Source of the DNA: a bacterium
Lineage (GTDB): Bacteria > Patescibacteriota > Patescibacteriia > Magasanikbacterales > GWA2-37-8
Assembly: GCA_043821725.1 (NCBI GenBank)
Contig: JBDRCM010000006.1
Location: 38,287 to 102,286, forward strand
Direction of reading: 5' to 3'
DNA: 64,000 nt
Part shown: positions 51,764 through 60,087 of the stretch, one piece after another
Numbering within the stretch: the first letter of the stretch is position 1
Layout of the letters: each line of letters begins with the position of its first letter
Made by a program: the position numbers and the translations under genes
The notes under the pieces: generated by a model
Told to the model about the DNA's origin: nothing
Database searches by the model: none
The model's input: only the letters and a program-made list of their open reading frames with translations

Positions 51764-52237
51764 CTATTTATAATGAGCCGTAGAAGGTGGATCAACGATG
51801 GTGAGATACCCTTCTAGCCATGTACCCTCCAACTCTTTGGTCAGTAATCTAGCGAATTTTTTAACCAAGATATGGTCAAAATAGCCGAAGCTACCACTGG
51901 CGCCATAGAAACGGATGGTTCCACAGACATGGTTCACCGATATTACTCCACCACCGAAGATGTGGAGATCGCCTCCATGTTCTTGGAGGTAGTACTTGGC
52001 TATATCACTATGATAGGATCCGTCGCCTCCACTGATGAGAGTGTATTCATTGTTATGAGAGCCAACAATGAATTTAACACCATATTTATCGGCCATGACG
52101 TGTTCAATTTCGCTCATGGCATCTTCGACTTCTCCTTTCACAATCCGCTGTTCTATATCTTCCCAATCTTCTCCGATTAATTCTTCCCATTCTGCAAGTT
52201 TATCTTTATTGGTCAACCAGTCGATCACAATCTTCAT
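51764..52237 (-). CDS. Janus/Ocnus (PHPT1-like) domain protein with SD
   Basis: GVKFIV..YHSDI..FGGGVIS..IRFYGASGSFG..DH; AGGAGG 5 nt before ATG. Confidence 0.65.
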   Translation of the reverse strand: MKIVIDWLTNKDKLAEWEELIGEDWEDIEQRIVKGEVEDAMSEIEHVMADKYGVKFIVGSHNNEYTLISGGDGSYHSDIAKYYLQEHGGDLHIFGGGVISVNHVCGTIRFYGASGSFGYFDHILVKKFARLLTKELEGTWLEGYLTIVDPPSTAHYK

Positions 52238-52281
52238 TTAACCCTCCTGTGCAATACAAGTATTTGTATATTTGCCTGTAT

Positions 52282-52361
52282 GGGCCTGTCGCCAAATACC
52301 ATTTCTACTACAATTGATAAATTATGAATTTCGTCACGAAAGCGCATTTGGCGACAGACCC
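52282..52361 (-). mobile_element. Family A MITE copy 6 (80 bp)
   Basis: TIRs; TSD TGTAT. Confidence 0.92.
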
Positions 52362-52547
52362 TGTATGCTCAAGGATTGAAAGTCTATAAGCATAGCAAGG
52401 AAATAATATTAGTAAGCGGATAAATTGTAAATACTAATCACATTATTTATATATTAATTTAGCTATAATATAATAAAAAATAAATAAAATATACAAAATG
52501 TAAGTAATCCTTGACACAAATTTCAAAATATGCTAAATTACATTCAT

Positions 52548-52711
52548 AATGAACCCCTCCCTGTTTCAAGACCTGCCTGCCCGTAGGCAGTGCATCAGAC
52601 ACAGCAGTTTGGTAGTCCGCCCCGATAGACATCGGGGGACATTTAACTTGCTTGCCGGCAGGCAAGATCGCTCGATCCCGCTAAGCGGAATCCTCGCTAC
52701 GATGCGTTAAT
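52548..52711 (+). repeat. Family B repeat in the 5' UTR of the TrmB-like gene
   Basis: AATGAACCCCTC...CTCGCTACGATGCGTTAAT, just after TTGACA-17-TAAATT (52511-52539). Confidence 0.8.
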
Positions 52712-52720
52712 AAAACAACT

Positions 52721-53507
52721 ATGCAAAATTCAATAATCAAAAACCTAGGATTAGATGACAATCAAGCAAAAGTATACGAGGCCTTGTTAGGTTTGGGAGC
52801 TTCCACAGTTAGCCAAATTACAAAAAAAGCCGGAATCACCCGTACTTTTGGCTATGAAATACTGGAAAAATTAAGCGTTCAGGGTTTGGTTAATCGTGCA
52901 TCAAGCAAAGGCAAAAAAATCAAATATGTGGCTGAACATCCGCGCAGATTTGTGCAATATATAAAAAATAATAAAAACCAATGGGAAAGGCGCCTAAAAG
53001 AAGCAGAAAATAAATTGCCGGATTTAATCTCTTTGTTTAATGTTGCTGATAAGCCGATCGTTAAGTACCAAGAAGGTATTGAGGGAATTAAAAGTATATT
53101 TTGTCAAACGCTTGAATCTAAAGAAGAAATTTTATCAATACTTGATATTGAAGGATGGGATGTTCCGGAGTTTAGGCAATGGGGCAAAAAATATAATCGT
53201 GAAAGAAGCCAAAAAAAAAATAAAAGAAAGAATACTTATGCTTGATACTCCGCAAGGCAGAGAATGGATGAAAAATTACAAAGGATCTTACAAATATACG
53301 CAATATCGCTGGATTAAACCGGAAGAAATACCAGGAATTAAGAACTTTGGCGGTGAAATCAATATTTATCAGAATAAAGTAGTTATGGCTTTGTTGAAAA
53401 AGCCGAACTTAATGGGAGCTATAATTGAAAGCTCAGCGCTGTCCAATATTTTAAAGGGGCTGTTTGAATTGGCTTGGAAACAAGGGATTGAGACAAAGAA
53501 AAAATGA
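52721..53507 (+). CDS. TrmB-family HTH regulator, split at an A10 tract (53211-53220)
   Basis: LGL...AKVY.ALL.LG..T...I...AGI.R...Y; removing one A fuses ..RERSQKK-IKERILMLD..EINIYQNKV..IIES..LFELAW. Confidence 0.85.
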
Positions 53508-53646
53508 TGAAGTGGTTTTTAAAAGCAAATTATTTTTCGAAACAGATTTGCACTTCGTTTTAGATTAAAATAATTTTATATTTTTTTTTATTTTTATTTT
53601 ATCTTCAGTATGTTATGATTGATACACAAATAATAAATACTTTTAA

Positions 53647-53820
53647 ATGCACACTCCTAATTCTGGTAAAATGGTGAGGATTTACAGTTTAGACGTTATT
53701 ATTTCAGTTGGATATATGGTTAATTCTAAATGTGCCACTCATTTCAGAATTTGGGTCACTAGTATTCTTAAAAAATATCTAATAGATGGGTATGCAATAA
53801 ATGAAAAAAGATTATTTGGA
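53647..53820 (+). pseudogene. RhuM/virulence-family gene fragment
   Basis: YSLDVIISVGY.VNS..AT.FRIW....LK.YLI.GYAINEKRL, truncated at both ends. Confidence 0.75.
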
Positions 53821-54039
53821 TTGACAAAACTGTCAAAATATTATAAAATGCAAGTCAATATGAATAATATATTAAATACAATTAATTTAGTAACCACCAA
53901 AGTAAAAGCTTGCATAATGTTTGGCAGCTTTTTTGGCTTCAAAAACACTGTACAAGGGAGCTTTGGGTCTAATTCCTGTTAATTTGTAATAAAAATAACA
54001 AAAAATAACAAACTCCCAAAGCTCAAATGGGAGTTTTTT
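53821..54039 (+). promoter_or_regulatory. Promoter, leader peptide and antiterminator/terminator attenuator of the ABC-F gene
   Basis: TTGACA-17-TAAAAT; uORF 53860-53982; GAGCTTTGGG (53958-67) pairs with CCCAAAGCTC (54015-24), which overlaps terminator AAACTCCC..GGGAGTTTTTT. Confidence 0.75.
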
Positions 54040-54050
54040 AATTATCAATC

Positions 54051-54187
54051 AATGAACCCCTCGCCGACTCAGTCGGGGTAATCAGGCACAGCAGTTTGGA
54101 AGACCGCTGTGGCAAAACCACAGAGGATTTAACTTGCTTGCTCGGTAATGAAAATAAATTTTCATTACCCTCCTACGCTGCGTCAAC
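54051..54187 (+). repeat. Family B repeat between attenuator and ABC-F start
   Basis: AATGAACCCCTC...CACAGCAGTTTGG...ATTTAACTTGCTTGC shared with the 52548 copy. Confidence 0.75.
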
Positions 54188-54197
54188 AAAAAATAAT

Positions 54198-55655
54198 ATG
54201 TTAAAAACAAATAATTTATCTCTACATTACAGCAGTGATAATAAGCTATTCAAGAATATTAATATTTCTCTTGATAGCTCATCTAACAAAAAAGTGGCGT
54301 TAGTGGGCAGAAATGGATGTGGCAAATCATCTTTGCTTAAGATATTAAATAAAGAAATTAAGCCAACAAGTGGAAGTATAGACTTTGCCAATGAAATAAT
54401 TGGATATTTACCACAGGTAATTAATCTACCGGACTTTAAATTAGTGGGTGAATATCTAGAAAGTAAACTTGATGAATCTTGGATGGAATACAAAATTGAT
54501 ATGGCGCTGGCTGACGTTGGGCTTGCAGATGAGTGTATAATCAAAGAAATAGACGACCTTAGCGGTGGAGAAAAAGTCAGAGTTGCCCTCGCGGGTATTC
54601 TACTTGATGAACCTACCATACTACTTTTGGATGAACCTACTAATAATCTTGATTCTGAAGGTGTAGAGTGGTTAGAAAAATTTATCAACAGCTTCTATGG
54701 ATCAATAATTCTAGTTTCTCACGATAGATATTTGATAAACAATACTGTAGATAATATCTGGGAAATAGACTTGGATACGCTGGGTTTAAAAATATATGAT
54801 GGAAATTATGATAAATTCGTAGAAGAAAAAGAAAAGTGTTTCCATAAGTCAATGACTGAATATAAATCTAAAGAGCGAGAAATTAATAGAATTGAAAAAT
54901 GGCTTACAGAACATGAATTCCATCCCAAATATAGATTTGGCAGTCTTGTCATGAGCCAGAAAACTAAGTTAGAAAAATTGAAAAACGCCAGAACTGACAA
55001 ACCTGCTGGAAATACAAAAATAAAAATGCAAAAATTGGAATCTAAAAAACGTGGTTTGATTATTAATGTTAAAATAAATTCTAAAAAATTTGGTCGGAAA
55101 GAAATACTCAATAATATATCGTTCAAAATACACAAAGACAAAAAAATACTATTAAGTGGACCAAACGGTAGTGGAAAGACCACTCTTCTGCAAATCATAT
55201 ATGGTGAAGATAATGATTATGATGGTAATATTGAGCTTGGCGAAAATGTTACGATTGGATACTTAAGACAATTTAGTACGCTTAACGAAAACAAAAGCAT
55301 ATTAGATGAGTTCGAGAATAAGACTAAAATAATCAATCCTAAATCTAGAAGTACTCTGGCTACCTACTCTTTTTTTTCAGATCAAGTAATGCGCAAAGTT
55401 GGTATGTTAAGCTTTGGCCAAAGAAAAAGATTGGAATTGGCTATCATCTTAGCACAAAATCCCACTCTATTAATATTAGATGAGCCAACTAATCATCTGG
55501 ATATATATACTAGAGAAGAATTAGAAAAATTTATCTTATCACAGTCAATTCCAATGATAATCGTATCTCATGATAGATACTTTATTGAGAAAATTGGGGT
55601 TGATAAATGTGTTGAGCTATGTATAGACCAATCCATCTACAAATACCAATACTAA
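54198..55655 (+). CDS. ABC-F family ATPase (ribosome-associated)
   Basis: Two ABC domains (GRNGCGKS, LSGGE, LDEPTNNLD; GPNGSGKT, LSFGQ, LDEPTNHLD); helical linker; no TM; ATG at 54198. Confidence 0.92.
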   Translation: MLKTNNLSLHYSSDNKLFKNINISLDSSSNKKVALVGRNGCGKSSLLKILNKEIKPTSGSIDFANEIIGYLPQVINLPDFKLVGEYLESKLDESWMEYKIDMALADVGLADECIIKEIDDLSGGEKVRVALAGILLDEPTILLLDEPTNNLDSEGVEWLEKFINSFYGSIILVSHDRYLINNTVDNIWEIDLDTLGLKIYDGNYDKFVEEKEKCFHKSMTEYKSKEREINRIEKWLTEHEFHPKYRFGSLVMSQKTKLEKLKNARTDKPAGNTKIKMQKLESKKRGLIINVKINSKKFGRKEILNNISFKIHKDKKILLSGPNGSGKTTLLQIIYGEDNDYDGNIELGENVTIGYLRQFSTLNENKSILDEFENKTKIINPKSRSTLATYSFFSDQVMRKVGMLSFGQRKRLELAIILAQNPTLLILDEPTNHLDIYTREELEKFILSQSIPMIIVSHDRYFIEKIGVDKCVELCIDQSIYKYQY

Positions 55656-56060
55656 ACGCTTTGTATTTGTTGTGCTTGATTAAAAAGTATATTGATGAAG
55701 TATAACTTAAGTGTACACACTTATTTTATAGCTGCCAAGTATTAACAACGTATAAATATACACATATAATATGCGGCTTCCACCAACCGACGGATTAGAT
55801 CACAAATTTCGTCGCAGAGTTGCAAAAAATGGATTTATTGAAAATATTTTCCAGTCCCATTAATTAATCCCCACCACAAAAACCCAATATTGAATACTAA
55901 TTTATTGTTTTTTTAAGTTATGCTGTGATATAATATGACTTATGGAAAAGCTCAAAAAAAAGAGCAGATTTTGAATTATACTTCAACATCCGATTTTATC
56001 TTTTTTCTAATTATTTTTTTAAAAAACCATTTTTAATCTAACAAAATATTCATCCTATTT

Positions 56061-58385
56061 ATGCAAAATACCCACATAATCAAAATGCTGGAAACAGCGC
56101 AATACGCAACATTAATAGCAACAATAATAGCGGTTCCCCTTTTAATTGATAGATCTCTTATAAATTATTTTGTCTTAATCAAGCAATATTTGTTTGTAAG
56201 CTTAATTCTGCTCAACTTGATTTTATTTAGCATTAAAACGATAATATCTCGCCAGCTGAATTACTCCCAATCACTTTTAGATGTTCCGCTCGCGCTTTTG
56301 CTTGGATTTATGTTTCTGTCATCAATATTTTCTTCTAATCAGCAAACCAGCTTTCTTGGAAGGAACGATATTTTTTTGATGAATTTTACTTTTTTCGCGT
56401 TCTTAATAATTTTTTATATTATCGTCGTAAACTGCATTTCAAATTATGAAAAGTGGAAAACAGCCATAATGATATTGGCCGGAGTAGGTGGCATAAGCGC
56501 CTTGTCATTTATACTTACATCTTTTTTCAAATTTCAAATTCCATATATCAATTCAACTTTAAACATTGTGTCTGCCTCAATTACCGGATTTGGAATATGG
56601 CTTGTAGCGATTTTTTTAATCTGCGCCGGACAAATCTTAAAAAAGAACACAAAAATCAACTCAACCGTTTATTACTGGATAGTTATGGCTCTATGCGGAT
56701 GGGGAATTATTCTTATCAGCTATAACGTGCTTTGGTGGCTCCTATTAATTGGAACGTTAATAATATTGCTTATTGGCATAAGCTTTATTAAAGAGGTCAG
56801 AATGTATTTTCTTTCGTTTTTATTCGCCTTAATGGTAGCTGTAGTAATTTTCATTATTATGGGAAGCCCAAAATCACTGCAAGCAAACCTGCCTCTGGAA
56901 ATGTCTCTTGGATTTAAGCCGTCATGGTCAATAACAAGCGAGTCAATATTTGACAATGCTAAAAATTTCATTCTTGGAAGCGGTCCGGGTTCTTTTAGCG
57001 CTGATTTTTCAAAATTTCGCACAACAGAATTCAACTATAACCAACTGGCGTGGTCTTTGCGCTTTAGCCAGCCATTTAATACATACCTCGCGATTTTAAG
57101 CGAGCATGGAATAGCAACCGGCTTGGCATTTGTGCTTGTTATTTTGCTTGCCATTGGCTCTATTTTTAATTCAAACAGGAAAAAAAGATTTGGATTGGAA
57201 AATTTTGCCATTATGACCGACAAAACCAACCAAGCCAGCCAGATTGATATTTATCTTCTGCTTTCGGTTTTCCTTATTTTGCTTGGCGGAATGACAATCA
57301 ACTTTTTCAGCCCAAGTTTATGGATGATGTGGTGGCTATTACTTGGATTGCTCATTTCAGGTCTGCACTTAAATGGAAACAAGATCATTAAATCCAGATC
57401 ACTTGTCTTGCAAAATGTTCCTCAATATAATTTAGCTTTTTCTTTCAGCATAATAGTAATAACAGGACTTGTAATAATGCTCGGAATTCTTGGAACAAGA
57501 TTTTATCTTGCTGAATTCGCGTATGCTCAAGCCGTGCATGAAACAGAATATCCTAAAATTGACGCCAAACTGCAAAAAGCAATCAGCTTAAGATCCAACT
57601 ATGATTCCTATCATATGGCTCAAGCCAGAAGCTATTTAAATCAAGCGGCTAATGATGCAAAGCAAGGAGCCAAAGAGGAAGATATTGCCGCGCTGGTTGC
57701 GTCAGCTGTAAATGAAGCTAAAAGAGCAACTGAGCTATCTCCTAATACAGTATCAGCTTGGGAAAACTTGGCCACAATGTATGAAAACGCATCAATGCTT
57801 GTTCCTGAAGCAAATGAATGGGCTGTTAAATCATTAGAAAAAGCAATTGAACTTGAACCAACAAACGCGATGTTGCACTGGCAGTTGGCAAATAATTATT
57901 ATTTTGCGAATAATTTACCCAAAGCTGAAACAAATTTTAAAAAAGCCATTGATTTAAAAAACGATTACTTGCAGGCATATTTGGGATTGGCCCAGGTTTA
58001 TGAAGCCAATAATAAAATAGATGAAGCAATAAATACACTTGACTTAATAACCCGCAACAGTCCGAGAGACACAGGCGTTCTATTCAACTATGGCCGTCTG
58101 TTATATAACCGCAATCGCGCGGGTGATCGCGTTAAAGCAGAGCGCTTGTGGCTATTAGTAATACAAGACCAGCCAAAATATTCCAATGCACTCTACAGCT
58201 TGGGACTTCTCTATGAAACACAAGGCGAAAAGCAAAAGGCATTATATTATTACTACAAAGTCAGGGATTTGAATCCAACAAATCAAGAAATTAAAAAAAA
58301 GATAGACAATCTAAACTATGTTGTAAAGCCAGCTCCAGTTTTTCCGACCAGCACAAGCACTACCTCCAGTTTTGGCAATAATTAA
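56061..58385 (+). CDS. O-antigen-ligase-like polytopic membrane protein with C-terminal TPRs
   Basis: About 13 hydrophobic segments; ILGSGPGSF; N.YL.IL.E.G; TPR repeats. Confidence 0.85.
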   Translation: MQNTHIIKMLETAQYATLIATIIAVPLLIDRSLINYFVLIKQYLFVSLILLNLILFSIKTIISRQLNYSQSLLDVPLALLLGFMFLSSIFSSNQQTSFLGRNDIFLMNFTFFAFLIIFYIIVVNCISNYEKWKTAIMILAGVGGISALSFILTSFFKFQIPYINSTLNIVSASITGFGIWLVAIFLICAGQILKKNTKINSTVYYWIVMALCGWGIILISYNVLWWLLLIGTLIILLIGISFIKEVRMYFLSFLFALMVAVVIFIIMGSPKSLQANLPLEMSLGFKPSWSITSESIFDNAKNFILGSGPGSFSADFSKFRTTEFNYNQLAWSLRFSQPFNTYLAILSEHGIATGLAFVLVILLAIGSIFNSNRKKRFGLENFAIMTDKTNQASQIDIYLLLSVFLILLGGMTINFFSPSLWMMWWLLLGLLISGLHLNGNKIIKSRSLVLQNVPQYNLAFSFSIIVITGLVIMLGILGTRFYLAEFAYAQAVHETEYPKIDAKLQKAISLRSNYDSYHMAQARSYLNQAANDAKQGAKEEDIAALVASAVNEAKRATELSPNTVSAWENLATMYENASMLVPEANEWAVKSLEKAIELEPTNAMLHWQLANNYYFANNLPKAETNFKKAIDLKNDYLQAYLGLAQVYEANNKIDEAINTLDLITRNSPRDTGVLFNYGRLLYNRNRAGDRVKAERLWLLVIQDQPKYSNALYSLGLLYETQGEKQKALYYYYKVRDLNPTNQEIKKKIDNLNYVVKPAPVFPTSTSTTSSFGNN

Positions 58386-58407
58386 TCTCTTTCGCACTAA
58401 GATCCTT

Positions 58408-59097
58408 ATGACAACAGAATTGATTGTCAGAAAAAAAGCAAGCAAAAAAATATTTAAAAATAACGTTGTAATTTATCCTTTTTCAACGGTTTTTTTGTGT
58501 TTGCTCATCTGTCTTGTTTTTGTTCAACCGGTTTTTTGCTTAATGTCATCAACAAATTACACCATATTTGCAGATGATTTTCATTCTGGATTGGTTGCTA
58601 CTTCAACAAATTATCGACTAGAAGGCACTGCTGGTGAATCGCCTGTGGGATCAACCACTGGAGCAACTTACCAAATATTAGGAGGTTATCAATCAATGGA
58701 CAGATCGTCATTGAGCATGTCCATAACCGACTCATCAATAAATCTGGGGGACTTGAGCACAACTGCTGTGAGCTCTGCAAATACCACTGTAACCATTACA
58801 ACTGATTCTTCAAGCGGATACACTCTTTCAATTTCAAATGTTTCAGGAAGTACGATCACATCTGTTGCTGATGGAGCTGTAACAGCCGGACAAACAGAAT
58901 ATGGCTTTTCAGCAAGCGGTAGTCAGTCAATTATTTCCGGAGATGTTTCTGTTTCAGCAAAAGACATATCAACGGCTGTAGCGGCAATTACAAACAGTCA
59001 AACCGTGCTATCTTTTAAGGCATCAGTTGCTTCTTTGGGATCAAGCAGGCAAACATATCAGCAAACAATTACTCTATCGGCCAGCAATAATTTGTGA
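58408..59097 (+). CDS. Secreted S/T-rich protein (WxL-like C-terminal pattern)
   Basis: Signal peptide; MSSTNY.I..D; SSGYTL; Y.QTIT.SAS. Confidence 0.65.
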   Translation: MTTELIVRKKASKKIFKNNVVIYPFSTVFLCLLICLVFVQPVFCLMSSTNYTIFADDFHSGLVATSTNYRLEGTAGESPVGSTTGATYQILGGYQSMDRSSLSMSITDSSINLGDLSTTAVSSANTTVTITTDSSSGYTLSISNVSGSTITSVADGAVTAGQTEYGFSASGSQSIISGDVSVSAKDISTAVAAITNSQTVLSFKASVASLGSSRQTYQQTITLSASNNL

Positions 59098-59984
59098 AAA
59101 AAACTGTCTTACAAATCTCTATCATAATAATCTCGCTGATTGCTCTCGTTAATAACGCGAGCGCTTTTAGCATAACTCCAAGCAAGCTGGGAATATCAAT
59201 AGATCCCGGACAATCAGCCAATTTCTCAATATCTTTGGAAAATACTGAAAAATCCGATCTTGTATTTGAAACAAAAATTTTAAGCGTAAGGCAAAATAAT
59301 GCCGGACGACCTGAATTTCTATCAAATTTTTCAAATACTGAAAAATGGGTGGCTTCTTTAACAAAAAATGAAGTTGTGAAAGCCAATAAGCAAGCGGAAT
59401 TTGATTTTAACTTATCAGTGCCAATTAAAACAGCGCCAGGCACATATTATATTGGAATGGCTTTCCAACCAATGCCAACAGCACAAGCAGACATGGGAAT
59501 TACTCCTCAATTGGTGACTATTTTAGAAGTAAAAGTAAGTGGAACTGCTTATGAAAATCTTGAAATCACAAAATGGGAGTTAAATAAGGGAATTTCAGGA
59601 AAAAATAATTGGGAATTTTGGCTAAATCTTAACAATGCAAGCAATGTTGAAATTTTTGCAAGCTCCACTGTTTCAATCCAAAAGAAAAAAGGGCAGGAAA
59701 TATTTTCCTCTGCAATCAATCTTGGAGGAGTAATTCTGCCGGAAACAGTCAGATTCTTAAAACCTTCAGTTATACTACCGGATAGCATCAATAAATGGCC
59801 GGCAATATATGTTGCTAAAATAAAAATTGAATATGGAAAAACCAGACAAACAATAGAATCTCAAACCGCAATTATTGTCTTGCCGGCGTGGTTTAAAATT
59901 TTAATTATCCTGTTGCTTGTTATTACTTTTTGTATCATTTTTTGGCGCATTTTTCTTAGAAAGAAAATTAACAAGAATAACTAA
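59094..59984 (+). CDS. Secreted protein with C-terminal TM anchor (DUF916-like)
   Basis: Signal peptide; ITPS....I.PG; VP...APGTYY; TM then basic tail. Confidence 0.7.
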   Translation: MKKTVLQISIIIISLIALVNNASAFSITPSKLGISIDPGQSANFSISLENTEKSDLVFETKILSVRQNNAGRPEFLSNFSNTEKWVASLTKNEVVKANKQAEFDFNLSVPIKTAPGTYYIGMAFQPMPTAQADMGITPQLVTILEVKVSGTAYENLEITKWELNKGISGKNNWEFWLNLNNASNVEIFASSTVSIQKKKGQEIFSSAINLGGVILPETVRFLKPSVILPDSINKWPAIYVAKIKIEYGKTRQTIESQTAIIVLPAWFKILIILLLVITFCIIFWRIFLRKKINKNN

Positions 59985-60087
59985 AGGATACAAAACATTC
60001 TTATCCACACATCTCGCTAAAAAACGAGATTTTTTAATAAAAAAATGGTATAATACATAAAATTTAATTCAAAGCGACCAAACAACG

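Noticed and set aside
45183-52237. Integron cassette array
   Set aside because: No intI, no recognisable attC R''/R' pairs, and the genes have their own promoters and mixed orientation
6650-54197. ORF-track entries built from repeats (6650-7006, 14574-14825, 19778-20056, 47182-47373, 50150-50419, 52459-52665, and the 54096 extension of ABC-F)
   Set aside because: They are translations of MITE/REP sequence or antisense overlaps with no protein-like features
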